Notes: generated by a model from the letters alone, not told the origin. Shown: positions 25,285 through 38,580, numbered from the stretch's first letter. The stretch is 64,000 nucleotides of DNA from Octopus sinensis (GCF_006345805.1 NC_043010.1:9610001-9674000); one strand, 5' to 3'. A program made the numbers and translations.

Positions 25285-26181
25285 TTAATGTTCGAATCTA
25301 TTCACTAATTCTGCTTGTTCTTAAAATATAACCCTTTAATTTGTTTAAACCCCCTCGGTACCAAGTTAATTCGTTCGTTACCTCTTTCATTTCTTCAACC
25401 CCCCGATTGCTTAAGTCTATCACTACTGTCCCCATCAAAATCTTCACAGCCCGCCATTCGCGGTTCGCCCGCCCTCCCACCCCCACCATCCATACTGGAG
25501 AACACGCTGTTTACACAATCCTCACCGGATATCCCCTCTACCACCGCCACCACTACGTGTGTCTGTTCCTCCTACCCCTCCTCCTCAATATACTTTCTCA
25601 CTATGTATTTACCCCTGCCTCCTCCCCCCTGGACAGAAGCAGCTAGCGCCGCAGCTCATCAAACGTCCCACTTAACCTGTTATCTTATGTTCCTCCTGTT
25701 TTGAAATGTTGCACTGCCTCAACCGGCTATCTCCTTCCAGCCCCCTCCCCCACTCGTGATATCCTACGTTTTACTTCCTACTTTTCATTCTGTCTAGAAC
25801 CTGCCACCAACCCTACCTGTCATCGTTTCTCTTTACCCCAAACCTTCCCCACTGGTGCTCCCCTATATTACATGCCCCCCCCCTCTCTCTCCCTCTCTTC
25901 TCTCTGCTGGAACTCTCCCCTCCTGCCGCAATGCAACGAAAAAAGGCAATAACCGATTGTGGCCGATGCCAGACCCCTCTGGCATCTGTGCAGGTGGCAC
26001 GTAAAAAGCACCCACTACACTCGCGGAGTGGTTGGCGTTAGGAAGGGCATCCAGCTGTAGAAACACTGCCAAATCAGACTGGAGCCTGGGGCAGCCCCTG
26101 GCTCCCCAGACCCCGGTCAAACCGTCCAACCCGTGCTAGCGCGGAAAACGGACGTTAAACGATGATGATGATGATGATGAC
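25285..26181 (+). mobile_element. Long pyrimidine-rich segment leading into a non-LTR 3' end with (GAT)n tail
   Basis: 25975-26181 matches the ggcacgtaaaaagcacccactacac...ggacgttaaacgatgatg end; the upstream C-rich part is assumed to be 3' UTR. Confidence 0.6.
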
Positions 26182-26284
26182 ATATATACATACATACATC
26201 GATGGATGGATGGATAGATAGATGGATGGATGGAGGGAGGGAGGGAGGGAGGGAGGGATGGATGGATGGATAGATGGATAGATG

Positions 26285-26330
<46 letters not shown>

Positions 26331-26554
26331 AGATATAGATATATAATTTAATGAGACGTTATATTAACCTCTTAAAGAGATGATTGCATCCAAAAAAAAC
26401 ACAAGTTCTATACCTAATATTTTTGGGAAATACAATTTCTCTAAATCAATAGGTATATATTAAGTATATAATCTTTATTCAATTAAAATAGAAGAAAAGA
26501 AAATGGACAGTTGAAAGTTAATAATTATTTATTAATAAATTGATAATTCTTGCT

Positions 26555-26648
26555 TCCTACAGCTGTTTCCATTTGTGCTCTTTAAATACATTACAAATTT
26601 ATGCTTCAAATTTGCATTTATAAGTTATGAGCAAAATATCATCAGGGA
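26555..26648 (-). ncRNA. Type-I hammerhead motif with long stem-II loop
   Basis: TCC-CTGATGA-TATTTTGCTC(~50-nt loop)GAGCA-c-AAATG-GAAACAGCTGTA|GGA. The core is intact, helix III is palindromic (ACAGCTGT) and stem II closes with UG. Confidence 0.6.
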
Positions 26649-26695
26649 TAAAGTTATACATTAAAAAATTACATGTTGACCTCTTAGTTTATACC

Positions 26696-26927
26696 TATTT
26701 CTTTACTACCCACAAGGGGCTAAACACAGAGGGGACAAACAAGGACAGACAAAGGGATTAAGTCGATTATATCGATCCCAGTGCGTAACTGGTACTTAAT
26801 TTATCGACCCCGAAAGGATGAAAGGCAAAGTCGACTTCGGCGGAATTTGAACTCAGAATGTAGCGGCAGACGAAATACTGCTAAGCATTTCGCCTGGCGT
26901 GCTAACGCTTCTGCCAGCTCGCCGACT
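26696..26927 (-). mobile_element. Family-B SINE, 14-bp TSD
   Basis: TSD tcttagtttatacc at 26682-26695 and 26928-26941. Confidence 0.92.
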
Positions 26928-27140
26928 TCTTAGTTTATACCAGTAGACTAAATATATGGGGTTATTTCATTTTTATTTTTGTGTGTGTATGAAAGTTAAA
27001 GGATTAATTTGAATATAATAAAAAAAAAATAAAGTATAGAATATAATAAAAAAATTAAGGAACTGGTGGACCCAGTGCTATGGTGGAAGATACTTGCCCA
27101 AGGTGCCACACAATGGAACTAGACCCAAAACTAGGTGATG

Positions 27141-27416
27141 GCTGTGCCATCTTAGGACACATTGGGATAATTGTGGTCTAGAATATAGAATAAAGTTGGA
27201 GTGGTCAAGTCAAGGCTTGACCGTCTTTGATCACAGTTCTGTTCAAGGACTGCCCAAGGTCCCAAGGTGTGTGTGTGTGGTGGTGGAGTTGAGCTGTGCT
27301 ATCTTGGGATACATTGGATAATTGTGGTCTAGACTATACAAGAAAGTTGGAGTGGTCAAGTCAAGGTTTGACCATCTTTGATTACAGTTCTACTCAAGGA
27401 CAGCCCAAGGTGTATA

Positions 27417-27448
<32 letters not shown>

Positions 27449-27460
27449 GTGGAGTTGAGC
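27141..27460. repeat. Two-copy ~152-bp tandem duplication
   Basis: gctgtgc(c/t)atctt(a/g)gga(c/t)acattgggataattgtggtctaga starts at 27141 and 27293. Confidence 0.85.
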
Positions 27461-27531
27461 AACAACAACATCAACAAGGAAAGCGTTCAGTAATGCTCTA
27501 ACAACCTAAGAGGTTAAAGGCCATTACTAAC

Positions 27532-27547
27532 CATATCTAGTGGGAAG
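27532..27547 (-). CDS. Candidate 16-nt micro-exon (LPTRY)
   Basis: Acceptor ttttcttttcctaatag, donor atg|gttagt. Confidence 0.15.
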
Positions 27548-27733
27548 CTATTAGGAAAAGAAAAAACAAAAATCGAAGCTGATGTTATTTGTTACTTTGA
27601 AGCCATATTTCTAATCAATCAAACGACTTTTAATCCCTGACAGTTTCATACCGTGAGACATGAAGGAAGCAAAAACAAAAACAAAAACAAAAAACAAAAA
27701 ACAAAAAAAAGAAAATGGAAAAGAATTTCTTAC

Positions 27734-27764
27734 GGTGTCTTGCTCTTGAAGAAGAATGCGTTCA
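27734..27764 (-). CDS. Candidate 31-nt exon (ERILLQEQDT)
   Basis: Acceptor ttatttcttttacaag, donor acc|gtaaga. Confidence 0.28.
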
Positions 27765-28385
27765 CTTGTAAAAGAAATAAATAATTCTTAACAAATTAAT
27801 ATGGAACTTTCACCTTCTCAATCAAAGAAAAATGTCTTAATCATTCAATAATTTCTTTTTTGTTTTACTTTCTAGTTTCACTTCATAAAAAAAATATATT
27901 AAAGGAAAAGAAAAAGAAGTAAAATATCAATTCATATGATGTCAGCTATTAACATTCAATATCATAAAAAAAACAACAAGAAATAAACTTGTAATATTTA
28001 GTCTACAGCAACAGAAACCTTTTAGAGTAATGCGACTGTATTAAAGAATATTTTTTTAACATGTTTCCAAGGGAGACAACCAATACAATATTTATGATTT
28101 TCTTTTTGGTTTTTGGAAATTCGAAATTATAAGGTCAACTCAACCTGCCTGTGCATTGGACAAATTAGACTAAATGCCTGCATCTACATTACATACTGAG
28201 TTCAAATCCTGCAACAGTTAATTTTGCTTTTTATCCTTTCAGAGACCAATAAAATAAAATAGCAGTCAAGTATTGGTTTTGATTTAATATTCCTAAATGT
28301 GAATGAAATCACAACGAAATAAGTTTATACTTACATAGAACAAAGAGAGACAGGTATGACGTCAGAGAATGAAGAGAGACAGGTA

Positions 28386-28622
28386 TAAGGCGGCGAGCTG
28401 GCAGAATCGTTAGCACGCCGGGCGAAATGCGTAGCTATATTTTGTCTGCTGTTACATTCTGAGTTCGAATTCCGCCGAGGTCGACTTTGCCTTTCATCCT
28501 TTCGGGGGTCAATTAAATAAGTACCAGTTACGCATTGGGGTCGATGTAATCGACTTAATCCATTTGTCTGTCCTTGTTTGTCCCCTCTGTGTTTAGCCCC
28601 GTGTGGGTAGTAAAGAAATAGT
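28386..28622 (+). mobile_element. Full-length family-B SINE
   Basis: taaggcggcgagctggcagaa head through gtgggtagtaaagaaatag end. Confidence 0.9.
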
Positions 28623-29001
28623 TATGAGGTCAGAGAAAGAAAGTCAAATTCATAAAGTATTGGTTTGAAATATTGTCACAAGACCAGCAAGTTCAGGGGA
28701 GGGGATAAGTTGATTTTATCGACCCCAGTGTTTAACTGGTACTTATTTTATTGATCACCTTAAGGATGAAAGGCAAAGTTGACCTCAGTGGAATTTGAAC
28801 TCAGAATATAAAGACAGACAAAATGTTGCTGAGCATTTTGCCTGGTGTGCTAACAATTCTGCCACCTTGTTCTGTTGAAATTATTGACTGAGTTTTTTTT
28901 AATTAATTTACCTGTAATCTGAATGGTATGTCTATAACTTGCATTTGGTGTTTCAGATAACTATTCTCTGTGATACAGCTTATATTCTATCAAGACATTT
29001 A

Positions 29002-29305
29002 CTAGCAGTATCGCCCGGCGTTGCTCGGGTTTGTAAGGGAAATAACTATATAAGCATTTTTAGAGAGTTACTTTCCTCATATAAACAGAGCAAAAATGCA
29101 TTAAAAATGTGGAAAAATTATGGTAAATTTTTTTTTAAATCGTAGACTCATCGTAGATGCGCACTAATACCCAGAAGGGCTCGATATGAATCACGACTAT
29201 AAGATACCCACTTTTAGTTAAACTGCACCGCAAAATGTGGGAGTAGTTAGGAATCTAAATCGGAGTAGACAGACTCTCACACAACTTCAGTTTTATATAT
29301 AAAGA
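29002..29305 (-). mobile_element. Non-autonomous Helitron
   Basis: Minus strand A|TC...cccgagcaacgccggg hairpin...CTAG|T; homologous to 45589 and 61023. Confidence 0.9.
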
Positions 29306-31241
29306 TTTCATTGGACCAATGCTTGCAGCACAACATTGGTTGGAACATTTTGTCTATTAGTTTTAGGATGGTGGTAGGATAGTAGACCATCCCTGACAGA
29401 ATTTGATGGCATAATTACAAAGTACCATATATGATAATGAAAATTAACTATTACATACATCAATCATACATATTTAAGTAATCCCATGTAGAACTTGAAT
29501 GTAAAAGCAACACCTTCAACTTCATGTAAACTTGCCAGTAAAAGAACTTCAATGAGAGCTCTTCTACAAGCATTCATAGTCCAGTTGGTAATGTTAAACC
29601 AGATTGTAGATTAGGTCTTCTATTTTTAACGGGAAGTGCCACTCTGTCAGTCTGTTACACAGTTTTTATAGACCAAATTTCACTCACAAATTTTTGGTCA
29701 ACCCAAATCTATTGTAGAAAGTACTTGCTTTAAAATCTGCATGGTGAGACTGAACTCAAACCGTCCTGTTGGAAAAAAATTTTTAGCACCAATGGCATTA
29801 ACACCAATCCTTAAATAATTAAAGTCTATCAGTTTAATAATGAAGATCAGATCAGAAAATTGACAAAAATATTCTACCAAGTCTGCAATAATAAAATTTA
29901 TCCTAACATGGTATTTCTCAATAACTAAAATTGAGCTCTTGTGATTTAGGTGTCTTCATTATGGATGCTGAGCAATGTATAGTATGGAATATGCACCACT
30001 TATTTCTTTGCTTGTTAAGGCAACATCATGGCTGATTGCTGCTCTCTCATTGCTTAAAGTAATCTATAAACTACTGAGGTGACTTCTGTAATGTAAGAAA
30101 TCAGCGGTGGATATAATTAATGTTTTAATGACATGAAAGATGTTTCACTATCCATGAACTTATTTCATTGAAATCAATCTGGACTTCACAACTATCCAGT
30201 TAGGTTTGTAATTAAATATAACACATTGTGAACAACATCTCAGGTTTATCTCAGTTATTTGAATCAAGACATTGTCAATAGCTTCCTATTCTACCTCTTT
30301 CCATATTCAAACCTTGACTGGAATACTCTCAGGGTCGCAAATACTTCCTTTTACATTCATTTACAGCATTTAGTAATTGTTGCTTGTCAATTTATTTTGA
30401 ATCTTTGCTGGTTATCCCTAGGCCAGTGAGATAGATGTGGCTGATATTTAGATTGATCACCTACAAATCAAAGCTGGAAAAAAAAAAAAAAAAACGTGAG
30501 CTGGAAAAGAATTCAAAAAGAGTGCAGTTCTAAGCAGTAAAGATTGGGCAAAGTGTTTAATTTGGGGCCTAGAAGTTTAGATATCATCATCATCAACAAC
30601 ATTTAACATCTGTTTTCCATGCTAGCATAGATTGGGTGGCTTGGCAAGAGCTGGCAAGGCCAGGGACAACATGGTTTCTACAGCTGAATGCCCTTCCTAA
30701 CACCAGCCACTTTACAGAGTGTACTGGGTGCTTTTTATATAACACCACCATCACCAATTAGGGATAATGACCGAAAAGGGGACATGTGGGTCCAGTTATC
30801 AATTAGCTAGTTCAATGGAGTAGAGGGTAAAGCAGTAACATTAGAAATGGTAGAAGGAAGACGCAATTCATCTGAAAGCTAGATTTTAGTGTGTACTGGT
30901 GAGGGCAGATGGCCTAGTGGTTAGAATGATGCACTCATGAATGCAAGATCATGGTTTCAATTCCTAGACTAGGTGGTGCTCTAAAGCAAAACACTTCATC
31001 TAACGTTCCTTTGTGATCACTTCATCCCCTGACATGTGGTAAACCTGTCAATTTGATGGAGTGAATAATCTAATATGAGGCACATACACTTGATCACTAT
31101 AAACAAATTATTTGTGCAGGTCATTCAGCAAAATTTGAATGTTCATGCATCATCTTTGATGGAAGAGTCTATCATAGGTGAGTGAGTATTTGTTAATTAG
31201 TTGAATCACATTCGGCCAGCAACAGTGTAGTATATTTGTGT

Positions 31242-31626
31242 GGAGGCGCAATGGCCCAGTGGTTAGGGCAGCGGACTCGCGGTCGTAGGGTCGCGGTTTC
31301 GATTCCCAGACCGGGCGTTGTGAGTGTTTATTGAGCGAAAACACCTAAAAGCTCCACGAGGCTCCGGCAGGGGATGGTGGTGATCCCTGCTGTACTCTTT
31401 CACCACAACTTTCTCTCACTCTTACTTCCTGTTTCTGTTGTACCTGTATTTCAAAGGGCCGGCCTTGTCACTCTTTGTGTCACGCTGAATATCCCCGAGA
31501 ACTACGTTAAGGGTACACGTGTCTGTGGAGTGCTCAGCCACTTACATGTTAATTTCAAGAGCAGGCTGTTCCGTTGATTCGGATTAACCAGAACCCTCGT
31601 TGTCGTAACCGACGGAGTGCTTCCAC
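31242..31626 (+). mobile_element. Full-length family-C SINE, 13-bp TSD
   Basis: TSD agtatatttgtgt at 31229-31241 and 31627-31639. Confidence 0.92.
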
Positions 31627-32172
31627 AGTATATTTGTGTATTATATCGGCATTTCTGCAAATATGAGAGCAGTACACTAATCAAAGACTTGAGGCAATTT
31701 AATGAATTCAAACATGCTTCAGCCAGGCTTCTGCAAACAAGAGATTACAGTTATGGGTCATGAATGAAGCTGCTTAATCCTTCTCATACTTTAATGATCG
31801 ATGAGGGTATAAAACCTGATTGTGAAAGAGCAGCAACCCCAAGTATTATTAACTTTAAAAGACAGAGTGCCTGGCATAGTCAATAGAAAAATTACTCAGT
31901 AGAAGAATGAATGTTGGTTTGTTTACAGCCCTGTAACTTGGTGGCTCAACAAAAGAGGCTGATAGAATAAGAACCAGAGTTTAAAAATAATTACTGGAGT
32001 TGACTTGTTCAACTAAACCCTTCAGGGCAGAGCCTCCACCGAATGGCTGGAACAAATAAAAGATGCACCAGGTGAGTCTTTCTAATGACTTTACCTTTAA
32101 GAGCATTTCAATGGGAATTGCAAATATTTTTAAAGCATTATGAAGGTGATAATGATGTAAATATAGACATTA

Positions 32173-32587
32173 GGTGCAGGAGTGGCTGTGTGGTAAGTAG
32201 CTTGCTAACCAACCACATAGTTCCGGGTTCAGTCCCACTGCGTGGCACCTTGGGCAAGTATCTTCTGCTATAGCCTCGGGCCGACCAAAGCCTTGTGAGT
32301 GGATTTGGTAGACGGAAACTGAAAGAAGCCTGTTGTATATATGTATATATATATATATGTATGTGTGTGTATATGTTTGTGTGTCTGTGTTTGTCCCCCT
32401 AGCATTGCTTGACAACCGATGCTGGTGTGTTTATGTCCCCGTCACTTAGCGGTTCAGCAAAAGAGACCGATAGAATAAGTACTAGGCTTACAAAGAATAA
32501 ATCCTGGAGTCAAGTTGCTCAATTAAAGGCAGTGCTCCAGCATGGCCGCAGTCAAATGACTGAAACAAGTAAAAGAGTAAAAGAGTA
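32173..32587 (+). mobile_element. Full-length family-A SINE
   Basis: Complete head, internal microsatellite and tail. Confidence 0.9.
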
Positions 32588-32955
32588 TTATGGTATGTGA
32601 TGATGATGATCAAAACCTAATAGAATCAAACATGCAGAGAAATTCCGATTGCAAATCAATGTTTGTGCATTGTATATTTGAGGACTTAGTATAAACGGGA
32701 TAAAATTTCTGCAGAAGCTCTGAGTTAATCTTCTGAAATACAACACTACAAGGTATAGCAACTTTAAGGATTTAATTAAAGTTTAAAGAACTTAAGGAAT
32801 TTGTAGGAAGCAAATTCATTTTATATGCATTGGAAGAAACCTTGTAAATGTTTATCATACATGAGTGTGCTTGTGTGCGTGTGTATTTGTGTGTTTGTGT
32901 AAATATGTATACATAAGCACATGCACAAAGATATACAAACATGAACACACACATT

Positions 32956-33505
32956 GGTGCAGGAGTGGCTGTGTGGTAAGTAGCTTGCTTACCAACCACA
33001 TGGTTCCGAGTTCGTTCCTACTGCGTGACACCTTGGGCAAGTGTCTTCTACCATAACCACGGGCCGACCAAAGCTTTGTGAGTGGATTTGGTAGATGGAA
33101 ACTGAAAGAAGCCTGTTGTCTATATGTATATATGTATATATATGTATATATATATATAAATATTTATATATATTGTTAATCCAAACATGAAAACACAAAG
33201 AGAAAACACAACAACACGAGGACATGGAACAAGTATAGTATTATTGGATGCTCAGGAAAGAAGGAAAAAAGGAGAGAAGTGTGTGTATATGTTTGTGTGT
33301 CTGAGTTTGTCCCTGCAAGATCACTTGACAACCAATGGTGGTGTGCTTACATTTCCATAACTCAGCGGTTCGGCAAAAGAGACCGATAGAATAAGTACTA
33401 GGCTTACAAAGAATAAGTCCTGGGGTCGATTTGCTTAACTAAAGACGGTGCTCCAGCATGGCTGCAGTCAAATGACTGAAACAAGTAAAAGAGAGTAAAA
33501 GAGAG
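32956..33505 (+). mobile_element. Family-A SINE split at its internal microsatellite by a PLE-terminal fragment (~33175-33275)
   Basis: Head 32956-33125, tail 33280-33505; the insert matches 14580-14665. Confidence 0.75.
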
Positions 33506-33670
33506 ACACACAGACACATATGTGTATGTTGTGTATGCATGTACATATACATATATGTGTGAAGATGCATGCTACAATGTTGCCCTCATGATCTCAAGAT
33601 AGATGGCTGGTACCTGGTAGCGGCTTCAGAATATTCCAAGCTGTGAAGATTTTAGAACATTTATAAATAG

Positions 33671-33718
33671 GTCTTACAGCTGTTTCCAGGATATTTATTA
33701 TATCCCTTCATCAGAGAC
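33671..33718 (-). ncRNA. Type-I hammerhead motif
   Basis: GTCT-CTGATGA-A-GGGATAT(aataa)ATATCCT-G-GAAACAGCTGTA|AGAC. The core and GUA site are intact; stem II closes with an A-G mismatch. Confidence 0.65.
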
Positions 33719-33877
33719 GGTGTGAGAAAATGGTTAAGCAATATTTAGATAAGATACGAAATAGAGATTGAAGTGGAGGAATGAAAATAGATATGAGATA
33801 TGCAGGGATATTGCATATATATATATATATATATATAATATATATATATATACATATGCAATATACACACATACATT

Positions 33878-34073
33878 ATAATGGGAAAAGGCTGGTTTAT
33901 GGGGTTACCCTGGATTTCTCGCTTCTAAGAGGTTTGGATTTACAGCGTATCTTCAGACCTCAAACACTGACGGCAGGCCACCGGAGTTTGGGGTCCGAAG
34001 ATACGATGTACGTCCAAACCCCTTATAAGTGAGAAACCCAGGCTAACCCCATAAACTGGTCTCCTCCATTATA
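33878..34073. mobile_element. Head-to-head PLE termini (~90-bp arms), one hammerhead per arm
   Basis: Arms 33878-33966 and 33986-34073. Minus arm: ggt-CTGAAGA...GAAATccaggGTA|acc. Plus arm: ggggt-CCGAAGA...GAAACccaggCTA|acccc. Homologous to the arms of 39131-40153. Confidence 0.75.
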
Positions 34074-34251
34074 TTCGTTGCTCTACATCTTCTCCTCCAG
34101 ATTTATGCATTTTTACAAATTATATATATATATATATATATATACACGCATGCATATATATATGTATATACATATATATGCATGTATATACACATACACA
34201 CATACATATATATATATATACATATATATATATATTATATATATATATGTG

Positions 34252-34285
<34 letters not shown>

Positions 34286-34485
34286 TAAATACATTATATA
34301 TATATATACATATATGTATGTGTGTATGTTTGTATATATATGCATGCACACATAAATACATATTTGCATAAAGCACAATAGAGCATATAATTTAATTTAT
34401 TTAATTAATTCTATACATGGACATATTTCTAGCGTGACACTAAAATAATCATTAGGGGACTTATAACCCCCAATAGAGAACATAC

Positions 34486-34518
34486 GAGTCCAACCACAAG
34501 ACATGTTTGCTTGCAAAG
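34486..34518 (-). CDS. Candidate 33-nt exon (FASKHVLWLD in the chain frame)
   Basis: Acceptor gattatttctag, donor ctc|gtatgt; all frames are open. Confidence 0.28.
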
Positions 34519-34754
34519 CTAGAAATAATCTATACTTATATAAAATTATTTAATTCATGCTGTCTCTAGTGAATAACATAATTTACTTCATACCCTAATT
34601 GCCAAATCTATATGAACAGATGATTTATTTGGCATATATTGACTGATACACACACATATATATTGAAATGTGTGTATGTATGTATGTATGTATGTATGTG
34701 TGTATGTATGTGTGTGTGTATCTATCTATCTGTCTATCTATCTATCTATCTATC

Positions 34755-34808
<54 letters not shown>

Positions 34809-34900
34809 GTATCATGTGTGTGTGTGTGTGTGCATGTGTGTAGTGTGTAAGAATGTAGACTTTTCAACTCCTTAGCTTTCCACCCCATACAAACATGTCT

Positions 34901-34946
<46 letters not shown>

Positions 34947-34953
34947 CTGTATG

Positions 34954-35001
<48 letters not shown>

Positions 35002-35026
35002 TATAATATATATGTTTGCATATGTG

Positions 35027-35073
<47 letters not shown>

Positions 35074-35539
35074 GTATGTACTAATACACTCATATGTAAA
35101 TCTGTATATATAAATGTATATATGTATGTGTATAAATATATAAATATGTACATATATACGTATATATATATATATATATGTACACACACACACATATATA
35201 CATGTATGTATGTATGTATGTGTAACATATATAGATATAAAGAACAGAGAAGAGAAGTGAGGTGAGTGAGTAAATGTTTATTCCTTCCATTTACAATTGT
35301 TTCATAATCTTGTCAGATATATACTAGATATTACATCAACCTTTGCACATATATAAACTGTGCATATATATAAATATATATGTGTATGTGCATCCTTATG
35401 TACAAGTTTGCTAAGAGGTAAACTAATTGACTAATCTTTAAAATATCAGCCATATATATATATATGTAGGTCCCGGGTTGAGTCGGGGTTAATCACAGTA
35501 AATAAGGTACTCAATACATAGCAGAGTAAAGTAATTTAT

Positions 35540-35657
35540 TTTATAGGAGGAGCTTCTACAGGACTAGAACTGTTTCATTCAGATGAAATCTTCAGGAAGC
35601 TTCCTGAAGATTTCATCTGAATGAAACAGTTCTAGTCCTGTAAAAGCTCCTTCTATA

Positions 35658-35659
<2 letters not shown>
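35540..35659. ncRNA. 120-bp palindrome carrying a hammerhead motif on each strand
   Basis: Perfect 43-bp arms (35557-35599 / 35600-35642) centred on aag|ctt. Each strand reads agcttc-CTGAAGA-tttc(atct)gaat-GAAACAG(ttctagtc)CTGTA; the minus strand continues |gaagct, giving a 6-bp helix I. Confidence 0.8.
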
Positions 35660-35702
<43 letters not shown>

Positions 35703-36266
35703 AATATATATATAATATATATATGCATAAAATTCATTTTGAATTGATAAAAGGTGGTTTGTTTCTAATTTTATATATATATATATATATCTTACCATTT
35801 TTATCAATATATATATATATATATATGCATAAAATTTTATTATCAGGAATCATAAGAATTAAATGTTGGATTGTTTCCAGGATGATGTTCAAAATTTCAC
35901 CTGATAATTGTGGAATATACATCTTTTATGGCTGCATTTAAAAAAATTTCTATTGAAACAGCTGTTGGAAATTTTGTTATTTGTGCTTGCTTTACATATG
36001 TGTGCGTGTGTATGTATATCATCTTCATCATCGTTTAATGTCCTCTTTCCATACTGGCATGAATTAGACAGTTTGACAGGATCTGACCAGGCAGGGGCCT
36101 GCACCATGATTCTTAGTGTGTTTTGGTATGGTTTTTAGACCTCAGACAGAAAAATTGATAAACAGATAGATAGACACACACACACGCACACACACACACA
36201 CACACGTATCTATGTATGCCTGTATGTATGATGTATGTATGCATGTATCTATCTACATAAACACAT

Positions 36267-36315
<49 letters not shown>

Positions 36316-36337
36316 CTATATATATTATATATACATA

Positions 36338-36399
<62 letters not shown>

Positions 36400-36928
36400 C
36401 TCACATACATTCATATATGTATGATTTAGGGATGCACATTCCTCTAAACAAATCATTTCACATAAGTAAAGGAGATGATAGCCATCATTGAATTCTTTAG
36501 ACAACAAGAATAGCAATACACATTAAAATATATGGAACAGGGCCATTTTTCCTATTTTGCATGGGAGATGGGAATTTAAAAGTGGGATGAGCTGAAATAT
36601 ATGAAAAGGAACAAAAGCAAAACATTAAAAACGAGAAAAGAAATATAAAAAAAACATGATATCTATATATCTATATCTATATCTATATCTATATATATAT
36701 ACATATACATATATACAAAATATATAATATATATATACATATAGACATATATATATACATATATATATATACATACATATACATACATACATACATACAT
36801 ACATACATCATACATACTACATACATACATCTACATCATATATATATATATATACATATGCATATATATACATATATATATACATATATATATATACATA
36901 CATATATATATATATAACATATATATAA

Positions 36929-36976
<48 letters not shown>

Positions 36977-37668
36977 ATACTATATATATACATATATGTA
37001 TGTATATGTATATATTTGTGTTTCATCTATCGTATAGCCTTTTCATAGTTTCTGAATTATATCTTGTAAACTAACTGTATTGATTTCAATAATTGTCAGA
37101 TAAAATTTCATTATATCATAATTTAATTAGATTCTATTCATTCTTGTCAGACAATATTCAAGCATGCTATGATGTATCCTACTTCTTTCTATATCATATT
37201 TGTCTACTGTTTCTCAAAATTCAACCTCTTTTACTTTATATTCAAAGGTAAAATGTATTCATTCACATAATTGAAGTGTATGTTTGTAAACTACTGCTTT
37301 GAACACAGACTTGCAAAAACCGAGTTCTTCCCTTGTTCCTTTAATCATTGACTTGTTCCAGTCACTGGAATGCGGCCATGCTGGGGCACTGCCTCGAAGT
37401 GTCAAGACGAGCAAATTAGTCCCAGCAATTTATTTTTCCGGTACTTATTCTATTAGTTTCTTTTTTTAAAAAAAAATAAAACTGCTAAGTTACTGGGATG
37501 TAAACAAGCCAACACTAGTTGTCAAGTGATGGTTGTGTTGACAAACACAAACACACACACACACATGCATTCACATACACACACATGCATACACAATATG
37601 TGTGTGTATATATACATCTATATGTATACACACACATATATAGATATAATATAATATAGAGACAATAT

Positions 37669-37708
<40 letters not shown>

Positions 37709-37721
37709 TAGAGAGATAGAT

Positions 37722-37761
<40 letters not shown>

Positions 37762-38517
37762 TAAATATAGATATGCAAATGTTTTCTACAATAGCCTTGG
37801 GCCAACCAAAGCCTTCTGAGTGAATTTGGTAGATGGAAACTGAAAGAAGCCTCACCACCACTTGACAGCCATTGTTGATGTATTTACATCCCCCGTAACT
37901 TAGTGGTTCAGCAAAAGAACTTTAAAAATGAGAAATGAGTATTGGCATCGATTCATTTGACTAAAATTCTTCAAGGCAGTGCTCCAGCATGGCTGCAGTT
38001 TAATGACTGAAACAAATAAAAGATGAAAGACGGTAAAGATGCCAAATTCACTGATATGGCTTTGGTTGGGTCAGGGCTATACTAGAAGACACTTGCCCCT
38101 GGTGCCCCACAGGCGATGGAACCGAACCTGAGACCTGAAAGCATGTTGTTGCAAAGCAAACTCTTTAACTGCGCCATCCAATTCAAGATGTTGGTAATTG
38201 GATTACCCATCTAAAATTGATGAGGTTACCAATGTCTTGAATTTGAATGCTTGAACAATTGTGAGTTTTTGTATACATGAAACCATTGGTAGTATTGTTA
38301 ATTTACATATAAAGAATATTTATCCACCAAATGCAGTGTTGAGCACTCATTCTGTTTGATAACAGTATGCTATTGCATTGTGTATGTGTGTGTGTATGTG
38401 TGTAAATGAAGTGTGAATGAGAACACAATATGTAATTATTGGTAAATGTACAGATCCCAGTATATATCTATTTATAGTTTACTGACTTCGACATTAAATC
38501 TTTATGGTGTTTCATAC

Positions 38518-38580
38518 CTGAATCCAGGAACATAGTAATCCACGTTAGCTTTATATCATTTCAGGTAGATTAATACCCAG
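38518..38580 (-). CDS. Candidate 63-nt exon with in-frame TGA ([19 protein letters not shown]), or a 31-nt form from a weak acceptor at 38548
   Basis: Acceptor ttttgctcttcttttaag, donor cag|gtatga; every frame of the long form contains a stop. Confidence 0.2.

Noticed and set aside
29300-30480. Unique region as a terminal exon plus 3' UTR (poly-T/CAG acceptor near 30478 on the minus strand)
   Set aside because: All frames close within about 30 codons and nothing recognisable is encoded; unsupported without RNA data.
35874-35971. Degenerate hammerhead with GAAACAGCTGTT
   Set aside because: The core reads AGGATGA and stem II is poor; at best a decayed relic, not counted as a motif.
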